Counted from the first letter of the stretch, positions 25,163-40,268 are shown. The stretch is 64,000 nt of DNA from Octopus bimaculoides (GCF_001194135.2 NC_069007.1:12765909-12829908), one strand, 5' to 3'. Numbers and translations: made by a program. The notes: a model not told the origin generated them from the letters alone.

Positions 25163-28100
25163 CAACAACAATAATGATAATTTCCTTTCAATAACATAAA
25201 AACATTCGTGCACCTCTCCCACCAAAAATAGAAAAAGTAGTTTGACCCAGGGTAAGCCAGCCTGGGCAGGTAGCTTCTTAAACTGCCTTGGGTCAACTCA
25301 AGCTTTGTGAGTGAAATTAGACAGAAACTTTGTGGAAGGTGGTCAGATCAACTGCTTCTGTTCTTGCATGGCCAGCTTAATTCCTTGCCCACTTCAACAC
25401 CATCACTACCACCAGCTGGCCCTTGGGTGCTTTTAACAGATGTCACACTGTTTATAATCGTTCAGACCAAATCTCCAGCTTCTTTGACCCTTTGACCATC
25501 CAGTTGTGGCCAGCTTCATCAAAAACAAAGGTCATCACTGTCAACCTTCCCACCAATCTTAACAAAGCCATCTTTTATCTTTTACTTGTTTCAGTCATTA
25601 GACTGTGGCCATGCTGGAGCACTGCCTTGAATTTTTTTCTTTTTAGCCAAATGTATTGATCCCACGACTTTCTTTTTAAACTTGGTAGTTATTCTATTGG
25701 TCTCTTTTGCCAAACTGTTAAGTTCCAGGGGCATAAAAACACCAACACTGGTTATCAAGTGGTGGTGGGGAACAAACACAGACATAAAGACACACACACA
25801 CACACACATACTTGTGTGTGTGTGTACGATGGGCTTCTTTCTGTTTCTGTCTACCAAAATCCACTCACAAGGCCTGAAGCTGTAGAAGACACTTGCCCAA
25901 GGTACCATGCAGTGGGGCTGAACACGGAACCGTGTGGTTGGGAAGTAAGCTTCTTTATTTCATCAAGATTAGCCATAAAGGCCTCATACAGAAAAAGGGA
26001 AGCTGTGGGCTGGACATAGACATAATGTTATGTGAATGTAAAAAAGATGATTAATGAATAAATGGGGGGGGGGGACAAGCAGCACCCGTCAACTGTCNNN
26101 NNNNNNNGGGGGGGGGGGGGACAAGCAGCACCCGTCAACTGTCTGATCCCCGAAAACATTGTTATCTTATATATGAGGCAACAAGCCTCTTACACTGTTC
26201 GTAATGTTCATCATCATCATCATCATTTAACGTCCGCTTTCCATGCTAGCATGGGTTGGACGATTTGACTGAGGACTGGTGAAACCAGATGGCTACACCA
26301 GGCTCCAATCTGATTTGGCAGAGTTTCTACAGCTGGATGCCCTTCCTAACGCCAACCACTCTGAGAGTGTAGTGGGTGCTTTTACGTGTCACCCGCACGA
26401 AGGCCAGTCAGGCGGTACTGGCAACGGCTACGCTAAAAATGGTGTATCTTACGTGCCACCTGCACAGGAGCCAGTTCGGTGGCACTGGCAACGATCTCGC
26501 TCATTGATACAAAAAGGAGGCATTACACCTCTTACTTTGTTTAAACAAAATGAGGTTTCAAACCCCTCCTCAATTCATAACATTGAGGNNNNNNNNNNCC
26601 GGCCACAAGCGATATTCCTCATTAAGCCCCTTCAACCTCTGCAACACTGACAACGTTATGACCTCCACAGCTATCTGCGGAGGCCATTCGGGATCACGTG
26701 TGCAGGTCAAAGTTGCTCCCTTCTGGTGCTTTTCCAACACCCCCTCAACCTCTCCGCCTCTGTAGAAGACCAATAATTCCTCTTCCTCCAGGGACGAGGT
26801 AGCCACTTCCGCCGTCGGTGGCACAATTCCCATCGACAGTGGCTCCTCCCCCACCGGTGGCATAACTCCCACCAATGTGGTTGGGAAGCAAGCTTCTTAC
26901 CACACAGCCACACCTGCACCGATATAAAAAAAAGTAAAGAATGTTCTCATCTTTTAAAAATTATCAACTTACTCGTTCACATGTCAAACACTGTACAGAA
27001 CTCAATAAACGGCCATCAAATATATCTGATATGACACTTTGATGTATTAGAGGTCGTTTGGCTGGAAAGAGAACAAAACAGAGAAAAAACGGTAAACAAC
27101 ATGTATTAATGAGAAGTTGAGGAGGGTAACGTTAGGAAGACAGAAGAATTGGTAGTTGTGGAGTTAGAAAATGGTGACTAAAACACTGGATTCTTGGTAG
27201 TAGCAAGTCACTTAATTCTACATTAGTTTGAGGTTTTGGTGATGAATGCATTATTATTATTATTAATGATAATGAACTTCGTTTGTAATATGAATGATTA
27301 ATGATAATTTATTAATTAATAATGATAATAATGAACTTCGTTTGTATTATTATTATTATCATAATAAAGGCAGCAAGCTGGACAAAATGTTTAGCGGTAT
27401 TTCGCCTATCATTACATTCTGAGTTAAAATTACGTCAAGGTCAACTTTTGCCTTTCATCCTTTTGGGGTCAATAATTTAAGTACAAGTGAAACACTGGGG
27501 GTCAATGAAATCGACTTATCCCCTTCCCCAAAATTGTGGCAAAATTTGAAACCACCACCACCATTATTATTATCATCATTATTATTATTATTATTTAGTA
27601 GTAGTGGTGACTTTACCTTTCATCTTTTCAGGTTGGATAAAGTAAGTACCCGATGAGCACCTGGGGTCAGTGTAATCAACTTCCCCTCCTCTTGAAATTG
27701 CTGGCCTTGTGCCGAAATTAGAAAGAACTATTGTCATTATCATCATTAGTGTTGACCTCTCCCAGTTGGGTAATGTGGTCAGTTGAATGCCAACCCTTAC
27801 AATTTAGAGAACATTAGTGGTGGACTGTGTTCTTCAAGGAGGGATCGAACTAAACTCCTAGAAAATTCTTAGCTTAGGAAGTATGGATAACTCCCAGAAA
27901 TTCCTGTCCCCGATAGATAATACTAACGAAGGGAGTTCAGGATTAAATATAGAGACAATATCAAAGTACCATCAGCCAGACAATGAAACTATTGAGCATC
28001 AACCACAGATTCATAATCGCAGCACTCAAATTCATCCTACTGAACAACTATTACATGTTCGATACAGTTTAATATCGACAAAAATGTGGAATTGCAATGG

Positions 28101-31100
28101 AAACCCGAGCTGCTCCAGTGATTGTGAACCTTGTAATGGGTTACCTAGAGCTTAAAATATATCGATCATCACTACAAAAATATGGCACTTCTTTTCATTG
28201 CTATTTAAAGGAGAACTGGAAGAGGTATTTGGACGATTGCTTTATACTTTGGAAAGACAGCATGGACAAACTCCTCGATTTCAAAATAATGCTTAACAAT
28301 ATTAATAGCAACATACAATTCACTAAGGAACACAGTTTAAAAAATGTGGTCGACCTAACTGTGGTACTTGCCCCCACCGTTTGGAGGGTTCTAAGTTCCA
28401 CTTTAAACAAGGTGAAATATATTTAAGATTAAATCAAATTTCACCTGTGCCTCGGAAAATCTAATCTATGCCATTACATGCTTAGGGTGCAGTAATAACT
28501 ATATTGGCCAAACAATTATATCACTCTGTAGAAGAACTACTCTCCACAAAGAACAAATCCGCCACCCACATTACAGACAGATACAGGTCAGTGGACACAT
28601 AGAAAGGTGTGTGAGGAATCTTAATCCTAATTTCCCCCTTCTATCAATGTTCACAGATCACATCAACACAACAAAGAATGAATAAAGAGGCAATTTTCAT
28701 TAATAAATATCTTCCTCAACTAAATATGAACACATAACATAATATAGAACACCACTAATCTTCCATTTAATATCACTAACCCCCATACACCATTCATACT
28801 ACAAATCCAGATCTACCCTAATTGCACCAAATCCAGAACNNNNNNNNNNNNNNNNNNNNNNNNNNNNNNNNNNNNNNNNNNNNNNNNNNNNNNNNNNNNN
28901 NNNNNNNNNNNNNNNNNNNNNNNNNNNNNNNNNNNNNNNNNNNNNNNNNNNNNNNNNNNNNNNNNNNNNNNNNNNNNNNNNNNNNNNNNNNNNNNNNNNN
29001 NNNNNNNNNNNNNNNNNNNNNNNNNNNNNNNNNNNNNNNNNNNNNNNNNNNNNNNNNNTATACAGTGGGACTGAACCCTGAACTGTGTGGTCAGGAAGCA
29101 AGCTTCTTACCACACAGCCACGCCTGCACCTGTCCACACAGCCATGCCTAGTGGGGCTAATGGTCTGAAAACTTTCCATCTTAATCCTTATTAAGAGTTA
29201 CAACATCTTAAAAACATGAATTTAACTTACATCTATTATTTGTTGGTATTTTTGAGGTTTTGGGATTATTTTCAGTGTGGGATTGTTCCGATTTCACCTT
29301 TGCTGTTGACGCCGTTTTCGTTTTGGTCTCACCATCACTGGGAATATCATGTAGTTCAGAATTGGTGAATGCTTTGTTAGTGGTTGCCGCTGTGGTTTGT
29401 GCTGCTGCAGGGTCATCTGAAGGTTCAGATACTGTTCCGATTCCAGCTTCATTCTGTGATGATGTCTGTTTGTAGAGTAAATTCACTGTGTCTTTCATCT
29501 CCTTTGAGACCGTTACGAATTCCTTGTTGTCCGTCATTGATTCTATCTGGACGTTAAGGTCGGCGCCATCTTTACAGTTGGTTGAATGGTTCAACACATT
29601 CTCGTTATTGTCCATGTCATTATAACTACCTCCCCCACCACCAGTCACAACCTTGAAATTGGATTTTTTGCCACTCAACTGTGTCATTTCGCTGGTGTCA
29701 CTGCTCTCGTCCCCCGACAAATTGACCTCTGGTGTACCTCCGCGTTCGCTGCAAGGTGCCGAATCACAAGTTTCATAGTCTGAGTGGCTGCTTGACGAGT
29801 CAATCGATGACTGGCGTTCGTGGCCATTAATGTAAGACGATTTCCCTGTTGATTCATGGAGCAAAGGGTTTGATGTCGAGGAGCAGATGGCAACCGAGTT
29901 CACAACTTCCATGTCAAACATTGGCTGTTTCAATTCTTCGTGCAATTGATCCATGAAACATCGCAGGAATTCCTGAGTATCCTTTCAAACAGAAGCGAAA
30001 AACAATTCATTAATAAATAGCGTGGACATTTTCCAATGCAGGTATATGAGTGAAAAGAGAGACATATGAGGTGGTGTGGGTATGTAATGTGTACGGAAAG
30101 GAGGGTAGCTATGAGGAGGTACCAAGCAATCCGTGTGGAAGGGATTGATGGAAGAGGAAAACACGGGGAAATGATCTGAGGAGGCTGAGCTTCATAAAAG
30201 AGATGACAAAAGATTACAAGTGGTGTGATGCTATCTAACCTATGCAAGTAAGAAAAAAATGGGTTGAAAATGGTGATGTAACAGTAACAATTTCTCTTTT
30301 GGTGTGCTCACCATGTGTTCACATATTTATAGTTTAGCCCAGGTGTTCTTAACTGGAGTTCACATGACCCTTCTGTTACCATATAAGATTTTGGTGTTAA
30401 AATTTATGCGCAATAAATTGGCTCTATTTCTACAATACATGAAATATTTTAACAATTTTGTATAAAATTCTTAATAACATTTAATTATAAAAATACGATA
30501 GGATTTTTTTAAAACATTGAATGGATATGAGAGTCCAGTGGAGTAAAAAGGAATTGAAGGGGTACATAGATAAAAAAAAAAATGCCTGAGAACAACTGGT
30601 CTAGCCAATGAGCAAATTTCTATTGTGGTCATGCAGCCTGCTAGATATAGAAGTCAAATCTTGCTCAAACCACACCTTACTATCATCATCAGTCATTTAA
30701 CACCCCTTTTTCTATGCTAGCATGGGTTGCATCGTTCAACAGGAATTGATGAGCCTGAAGACGGCACCAAGCACCAATGTCTGCTTTGGCATCATTTCTA
30801 CAGCTAGATGCCCTTCCAAACACTTGAAAAATACACGATGGTCAGCATTGGATTGCCTGCGGCCATAAGCTAGCATCTGGACGAGATACTAATACAAAAT
30901 CTATAAGAAAACAACTAACCTGTTGGGTATATCCTTTGAACATGGGGTGAACAGATTTTATTCCATTTGCGATACCATTCGGAACGACATAGCTGGGCCT
31001 GCAACAGACAAGGTGAAGTGTTGGAATAATAATGGTTTCAAATTCCGGCACAAGGCCAGCAAGTTCGGAAAAGGGGGCAAGTCAATTATATCAACCCTAG

Positions 31101-34100
31101 TGCTCCACTGGTACTTATTTTGTTGACCCTGAAAGAATGAAAGGCATAGTAAGTCTTAGCGAGATTTGAACTCAAAACAAAGTTGGAAGAAATACCATTC
31201 AGCAGCCTGGCATACCAACAATTCTGCCAGTTCACAGTCTTAAGTATTGTAATAATCCTTTTTATTATAGGCACAAAACCTGAAATTTTGGTGAAGGGGA
31301 GATAGTCGATTACATTGACCCCAGTACATGACTGGTACTTAATTTGAACTCAGGATGTGAAGACAGACAAAATGCCACTAAGCATTTTGCCCAGCATGAT
31401 AACAATTCTACCAGCTCACTACCTTAATAACGATAATAATAACAATTAAAAGTAATGTTGGTGATGGTTGTCTGAACAGCAACAGCTGTTGGGGTAGTAA
31501 CACTGATGGTAGTAGGTAGCAAGCTGGCAGAATTGCTAGCATGCTGGGTAAAATGCTTAGCAGTATTTCATCTGCAGTTACATTCCCAGTTCAAATTCTG
31601 CCGAGGTCAACTTTGCCTTTCATCCTTTCGGGGGTTGATTGAANNNNNNNNNNCGGGGGGTTGATTGAATAAGTACCAATTATGCACTAGGGTCAATGTA
31701 ATTGATTTAATCCCCTTGTCTGTCCTTGTTTGTCCCCTCTATGTTTAGCTCCCTGAGGGCAATAAAGATATAAACAATGATGGTGGTGGTGGTGGTAGTA
31801 GTAGTAGTAGAAGACCCGATGCTGGCCTCAACAGTGTGAACTTTCTTACTGTTTAGTGAGGCTAAGGAAAGCCAACATTCATCATTTCTTCCAGGGCCAC
31901 TGAGACAGTAAAGAGGGAGAGAGAAAGGAGGGGAGAAGGCCTCACAAACTTAATGAGTCACTGCAGTAGAAAGCAGCAATGATACACGTTCAGGTGTTCT
32001 TTACTCACAAGGCCTATCACCCACTCACTTGCACATAAGTGTTCTTATCTATCAGTCCACTGACAGACAAATATACGCATTTATTCTCAGCCACCATACC
32101 ACTCACAGACATAAGCATCCAGTCCACACTATAAAGTGGTGGCCATTTGGAAGGGCATCCAGCTGTAAAAATTGTGCCAAAACTAACCTTGCCTGTGCTA
32201 GTGCCACGTAAAAAGCACTGAGTCCACTCTGCAGAGTGGTTGGTGTTCGGAAGGGCATCCAGCCATAAAATCCATGCCAAAACAGACACAGTAGCCTAGG
32301 GTAGTTTTTCTACCTGGTCGGCTCCTGTCAACTGTCCTACCCATGCATGCATGGAAGATGGACGTTAAACGATGATGATGATGATGATATATCATGGTAT
32401 CAACCAGACTATTGGGTATTACATATCGCTAGTCACAGTGCGCTTTGCATTGTTTTAGCTTTCAAATGATGCCACCCTGCTGGCTTGGCAAGCAGGGCAA
32501 CATTGCTCTTGACTGGAAGGCTATCTTGTTACATGGTTACCCATTAACAGCTGAGTGGACTGGGGCAACGTGAAATGAAGTGTTTTGCTCAAGAACATGA
32601 TACACTGCTCAGACTGGGAACTGAACCCACGATCTAGCACGCACGCACATATACACACAAATATACACATGCATACTCATCCACTATTAGCATATATAAT
32701 CATCATCGACATTTAGTCCATGTTCCATACTTGCAATAGGTTGGATAGTTTGACAAAATCCGAAGGGTTCAAGAACTGCATTGTACTCCAGTGTCTGCTT
32801 TGGAATGGTTTCCATGGTTGGATGTCCTTTCAAACACCAACCACTTTACAGAGTGTATTGGGTGCTTTTGTCGTGTCCCCGACAGTAGTGAGGTTACCAT
32901 GTAGCTCACATGCATACATGCATGTTCTCATTCAACATGTAGCCTTGTCTAATTCTATTCAGCTATAAGAACAAGGTCATCAGCATAGAGAAGCTCCCAT
33001 GTGCAACTAATTTTAAATTCCTCTCATAGGGTCAGGTGGACTGTGATAGACAAGAGTGGAGGCTGAGAACTGAGCCTTGGTGAACTCCTACCTGCACACC
33101 AAATTTGTTGTTACACTTAGTGATGACTTTCACCTTACTAATAGCATCCATGTACATGACTTGTCCACCCACCCCCCTCCACACACACACTTATTCTCAA
33201 CCACCAAACTATTGGCATGTATGACTGCAGCCATGCTGGAGCACTACCTTTAGTCGAACAAACTGAACCCAGGACTTATTCTTTGTAAGCTTAGTGCGTA
33301 TTCTATTGGTCTCTTTGGCCGAACCGCTAAGTTACAGGGACATAAACACACCAACATCAGTTGTTAAGCAATGGTGATGGGGGACAAACACAGACACACA
33401 AACATATATATACATATCCATAACAGTCTTCTTTCAGTCTCCATCAGACAAATCCACTCAAAAAGCTTTGGTGCCATGCAGTGGGACTGAACCCAGAAGC
33501 ATGTAGTTGGGGAAGCAATCTCCTTACCACACAGTCATACCAGCACCTACAAGAGCAGCAACATGAAAGCAAAAAAGAAAAAAATAGAAAACCTACCTCT
33601 TTTTGTGCCAAATTTCAGAAATAAGCCGCAGATAATGACGTGATAGCATTGGATTTCTGTCAGGTCGTACAAAGCCATAACAGTCGAGGAAAAACCGGGT
33701 TAGAGGAGGACTGGAGAATGAAGACAATTTTAGGAGAATCATTCAACAGAAACTGAAGAATTAAAACATAATATGAACAATTAAATATTTGGGAGAAGCT
33801 AGGTACCAAGAGTAGGTAATTTACTGCAGTAGGGGCATTATAAAGAAGACTGGGCTTCACAGAGGCAAGGTGGAGGAGTTCCTTTTGTGTGTTGGGCCTC
33901 ACGAAGGCAATGACCAAGATCTATGGCATTATGTCATGCGTGAGAAGAAGACCCATCAAGCTGAGCAAAATCAGTCGTGGCAGATACCGATTTTACACAA
34001 ATTGGTACATAAAAGCACCCCGGTGTCACGCAAATGGCACCCATGCCAGTGGCACACAAAAGCTTGACAAACACCATTCCTCCATGTGATCAGCTAGAAA

Positions 34101-34219
34101 AATTGTTCAGATATTAAGATATTTTAACATGAAACCAATGGTAGCTTTAATACACAAATTTTATTCACCAATGTGGTGTTGAGCACTCAGTCTCATTGTT
34201 CAACATTTATGTGTGTGTT

Positions 34220-34295
<76 letters not shown>

Positions 34296-37200
34296 AGAGA
34301 GAGGACAGACACACAGGACAGCAGAAGGAATAAAAACCTTGACTGTCACATTGTCCAACATATAATTAATCAGAATATGTTAGGATTTGTTTTCATAGTT
34401 CAATCAGGAGATAAGGTGGTGCCTATGACACATTCCAGAATCTCTAAAATGGGAGGAAAAAGAGGAAGTGTCCAGAAACCAGACACTTGGCCTCAAACAC
34501 TTGCAATAGAGCACACCATACTAAAGGCACCCTTCACAAATAAGCCATGGTAGGATTTCAACTCAGTACATGAAGTACCAGAACAGATACCACAAGGCAT
34601 TATGCTTGATGCTTTACAGATTCTGTTAATCCACTGCCTAAGGCTGGTACTTCATTTATCAAGCCAGGGAGGATGGAAGCAAAGCTGACCTCAGACTACA
34701 AGAATCCTGGATAAATACTGCAAGGCATTTCATCTCGTGCTCAACCACTTTTGCCAATTTACCAATGTGCTGTATGGCCCTCAACCAGACTGAGGTATGC
34801 CATATCAGGAGCTATGACTTGAAACTAGTCAGGTCTTAACTGAAGCTACACCACAACACCATAACCAACAACTTAATTGCCTGACGTGCAGGAGGCAGTA
34901 GCTTAATCTCCCTTAATAACACCTTTTCCTATTATTTTATTAGATGGGACACATTACACAAAATGGTCTTGGGCACACAGTAACTATTAAAAAGAAAAGA
35001 AAAAGGAAAAAAAAGAGATTAGCTGGCCATGGATAGAATGTCTTTTTTTTTTTTTCATTAGTCCATTTGATTAGGGCTCACCTGGAACAAATCAACAACA
35101 GCAACAGCAATAATGAGGTTTACAAAAGGGGAAACTAATGGAGTAAAAAAAACTTCTTACCAGTTTGATAAAGCTTGTAAAGCAGCATTCATGTAACAAC
35201 TGTTGCCTAAGTTCTGTAGACCAGTTAAACCTGATAAGAGAGACGAGAGTAGGTTAATACTGTGTTGGTATTACATAAAAAATATCTTGAAACGCTAAAG
35301 AGTAAATTTATTCAATAAAATTGCCATTGCCTTCAACTGCAGCCTCCAGACACTTCAGAATCTCATGCAACTTTTCTGGGCAGTCTCCTTGTTTAAGTTG
35401 GTAAATGCTGCCATAATCCTTGCCTTCAGTTTATCTTTGGTGTTACAAGGAGTTTTGTTGGTCGCTCGCTTAACTGTGCCCCACACATAATAGTCAAGGG
35501 GGTTGCAGTCTGGGGAGTTAGGTGGCCAAATGTTAGGAGTGATGTGGTCACAGAAATTGTCTGTCAGCCATGACTGAGATCTCCTGCTTGTGTGGCATGG
35601 TGCAGAGTCTGGTTGCCAGACATAGGGTGTTCTAGCAGCCACCTTCTTGACCCAGGACAGTACTACCTCCTCTAGACACTTGATTTAGGCCTTCTTGTTG
35701 AGTCTGAAGCCGTGTGAGAAGATGAACGGAGGCATAATGTCACCATCACTAGTGATCACTCCAAACACCCTGATGTTGACTGGATGTTTGATTTTTATCA
35801 CTCAGTACAAGTTTTGGGGACAATCTGTCCACACATTAACACCCAAACACTGAAATGTTTGTATTGGAGCTCCTGGTGCAAATGCCAAGCAGTACAGCTT
35901 GTCGTTTCCAAATTTCTAGCAGAGTGAATTGCATCAGTGGTGTTTTTCTCAGACAGTGCCCAACTGACCCTACCATAATGTGTAGTCAACAAAATCAAAC
36001 AAAAATATAAAATGGCGACATTTTACATATCACATCCTGTATATATATATATATATATATATACAAACATAGATATATAACTTAAGGGAGCCTCTAGATG
36101 GTCACTCGACATGCTACAAATAGCAATCAAAGCTTCCTCAAAGCACTACTGTCTTCAAAAAAACTGTAGGGACACACTGAACAGTGTAGTCCTATTATAC
36201 AAGAAGATAGGGTTTGCAATGGGTTCAACACCTTTGATGGTAGGTTTGCTCCATCAGGACCTAAACAACAACAAATATCTGTACAATCCAACGAGGGAGC
36301 CTCTGGAGGTTCAATGGCAAACTAGAAATAGCAGTGAAATCTAAAAATCACAGCAATGTATTAAAAAAAAAAAAAAAAAAAAAGAAGACACATTGAACAA
36401 TGTAGTCCTTTACACACAAATGGGATGCAATAGTCATGACTTAGCTGGAGCAAAACATATTTAGTTACCTCTGGGTTTAATAGTATCATCATCCATATCA
36501 GACTCCGAGTCTTCAGGTTCAAATGCACTTCTCTGTGGTGAGCTGTCAGTTGAAACATCTTGGTGGTCTAGCATCTGGTAAGGCCGGTCTAATATTCTGA
36601 ANNNNNNNNNNNNNNNNNNNNNNNNNNNNNNNNNNAAAAAAAAAAAAAAAAAAAAAAAAAATATTGATGCAGTACCAGGCAGTGGCTCTTATGGCTTCTG
36701 ATCTTAAGTAATCGGAAGTGTTATCATGTAAATTGTTTTGTCTTGGTATAAAAGATGAGCTACAGTAAATATTCTGCTCAATACCACAGATTTCCTTGTC
36801 AGTTGTTTGACCATAACCAGTTGAGCATGTCCCTTGGTGGCTGATGATATGTGCACCTCTGATCATGAGCAGAAGTAGTGGGGGAGGCATCATAGCCATG
36901 TGTTGAGAGGGATTCTTTGGGGTTTGAATAATTCACCTCTGGAAACATGAGTGTGTTGTTCAACATCCTTAAACAACCCTTATTCAGGGACCTTTTGAGC
37001 AGGATGGGCTACTTGACCAGAGGGAAATTCTAACTGGGCCTCACTGGCAAGGTTATGTGCTTGTTTATCTCGATATGAGATCACCATGTTGCCCACATAT
37101 GGTTGCGATGCATGCGCCTGGTACTCATGATGGGTATACTAGGCTCCATATATATTACCCCAGTGTCACTTTGATGGCATGCACTGTTCTCTCAATAATA

Positions 37201-39217
37201 ATAACATTAATATTAGTTGAGGGAGATAGTTGACCCTAGTAAATGACTGGTAGTTTATGTGTGTGTGCGCGCAGACATGGCTACGTGGTTAAGAAGCATG
37301 CTTTGGGAATGATTTGTTTGACTAGGCTCTTGAAGGCAGTGCTCCAGCATGGCTGCTGGCTGATAACTGAAACAAGTCATATAAAAGTTGTGTGTTCGCA
37401 TATATATATATATAGGCACACACATGACTGTGTGGTAAGAAGCTTGCTTCCCAACCACATGGTTCCAGGTTCAATCCCACTGTGTGGCACCTTGAGCAAG
37501 CTTCTTACCACACAGTCACACCAATCCTGTTTTTGTTCCCAACTTTGACCTTCCATAAATCCTAAATGTTATTTTAGAATTTATGGGAGCAACTGTCCTT
37601 GAAGACTCATATTGTTGTTGAATACTTGAAAACAGCCAACAACTGATAAAGGGTCATTTCTCTGTGTTTACTTGTCCTGTTTTACATATTTCATGTTGTT
37701 TGCACAGTTGATGACATCCTGTACCCATATATGCATATATATACACATATATATATATGCGCACATATACACACAACAGTAAACATGACATGGTTTAATA
37801 AAAAGACCAGTAATAGTAAAGTTATATTCCATATTATTGTGACTTCTAATCACAATCAAAGACAACAGAACAAATATCACAAGGTAAACATCATTATTGT
37901 TGCTGCTTTGTCATGGAGCAAGGACAAATCAGGTTAGAATAATCTAGATCAGAGTTTCTTTAGCATTGTTTTCTTTTTTTTTATATATTTCCTCACCACC
38001 ACGATACTCTCCTCCCCCTCTGACCTACGATAAGACAGCTTGTTTGCACAACACACTGTATTATTGCATAACATTAACACTAACCTTATATTAATTAAAC
38101 ATTAGCATCGTTAAAATGAATATTAAAGAAAATAAATCAGGTGAAAAGAAAAGAAAAAAAATGGAAAATAATAAAATTATTTTTCGACCTTAAAAAAAAA
38201 AAAAATCCCACTGGAATTCCACAACTTCCTCCTGGAATCTTGGTATGTGTCCCAGATTAATAATTGTGGGGGATTTGAATGTGATTGGTTGGTGTTCTGA
38301 TGCAGAAAAACTGTACCAGTCACACAGTTATGCACACAGGTGAAGTCAAGCATGCACACACATACTATCACAAGGAGTCAGTCTCTCTCCCTCACTCTCC
38401 CTCTCAAACACACACAATCATAAAGAGGAAATAAACAGAGAGAGAATGAATATATATATATGTATATATNNNNNNNNNNNNNNNNNNNNNNNNNNNNNNN
38501 NNNNNNNNNNNNNNNNNNNNNNNNNNNNNNNNNNNNNNNNNNNNNNNNNNNNNNNNNNNNNNNNNNNNNNNNNNNNNNNNNNNNNNNNNNNNNNNNNNNN
38601 NNNNNNNNNNNNNNNNNNNNNNNNNNNNNNNNNNNNNNNNNNNNNNNNNNNNNNNNNNNNNNNNNNNNNNNNNNNNNNNNNNNNNNNNNNNNNNNNNNNN
38701 NNNNNNNNNNNNNNNNNNNNNNNNNNNNNNNNNNNNNNNNNNNNNNNNNNNNNNNNNNNNNNNNNNNNNNNNNNNATATATATATATATATATATATATA
38801 TAGGGGCAGGCATGGCTGTGTGGTAATTAAGCATGCTTCCCAACCACATGGTACAATGTTCAGTCCCACTGCATGGTACCTTGGGCAAGTGTCTATTACT
38901 ATAGCCTTGGGTCAATCAGAGCCTTGTGAGTGGATTTGGTAGACAGAAACTGAAAGAAGCCACCAAAGGTGGTGAGCTGGCAGAAGCGTTAGCACACCAG
39001 GCGCAATGCTTAGCGGTATTTCTTCTGTCTTTATGTTCTGAGTTCGAATTCCGCCGAGGTCGACTTTGCCTTTCATCCTTTCGGGGTCGATAAATTAAGT
39101 ACCAGTTACGCACTGGGGTCGATGTAATCTACTTAATCCCTTTGTCTGTCCTTGTTTGTCCCCTCTGTGTTTAGCCCCTTGTGGGCAATAAAGAAATAAG
39201 AAACTGAAAGAAGCCAG

Positions 39218-39270
<53 letters not shown>

Positions 39271-40268
39271 CTCCCCCACCACCACCACCATCGCTTGACA
39301 ACCGATGCTGGTGTGTTTATGTCCCTGTAACTTAGCAGTTCAGCAAAACAGACAAATAGAATAAGTCCTGGGATTGATTTCTTTAAAGCAGTGCTCCAGC
39401 ATAGCCACAGTCAAAGTAATGGAAACAAGTAAAAGAACAAAAGAATATATAGTACATCTTGTGTGTTCAGTTGGATGTACAACTGCTCTTGTTGAGTTTG
39501 AAGCTCCGGGAGAAATTATGATGAATACTAGTTTACATCCTTTGTTCCCGACAGATGTTTCACCATTGTGGCTGTTTGGAACTTTGCACTGAATGTTTCC
39601 AGTAAAATTTGATGCTTAACCACAATGGATCATCGTCATCAGGGGAACATTTTATTGCATTGTTACAGACATCAAATGTCTATTGTCTGCCTCTAGATAC
39701 GTGTGTGTGTGTGTGTGTGTGTGTGTGTTGATGTTTGTTTTCATGTTTATTCATAATAAAAACAATTTTACATTAACCTGAAGAGTTACTATTCTTTTAC
39801 TTGCTTCAGTCATTTGACTGCAGCCATGCTGGAGCACCACCTTTAGATGAGCAAATCGAACCCAGGACTTATTCTTCGTAAGCCTAGAACTTACTCTATT
39901 GGTCTCTTTTGCCGAACTGCTAAGTTACGGGGATGTAAACACACCAGCATCAGTTGTCAAACAATGTTGGGGGGGGATAAACACAGACACACAATCACAT
40001 GCACACACACACATATATGACGGGCTTCTTTCAGTTTCCATCTACCAAATTCACTCACAAGGCTTTGGTCGGCCTGAGGCTATAGTAGAAAGCACTTGCC
40101 CAAGGTGCCATGCAGTGGGACTATACATCTGCAGAATACACGTTGATTCTTAAACAAGAATAATGTTGACAGTGACTTCGAAGTCTTGGACAGTTAAGCC
40201 ATTGTCAGATGATGGCTTAACTGGTTAAAACTTTAATGTCACTATCAACATTATTCTTGTTTAAGAGT

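Noticed and set aside
26065-26145. Direct duplication on both sides of a 10-N gap (also ~10150-10220 and ~31625-31670)
   Set aside because: Typical overlapping-contig scaffolding artefact, not a biological tandem repeat.
38177-38371. Possible linker exon between zf-UBP and the Cys box
   Set aside because: No usable donor and no homology; exon 36469-36596 fills this role with the correct phases.
39592-39655. Minus-strand CTGATGA...GAAAC as a hammerhead
   Set aside because: Weak helix II and no helix I complement; likely chance.
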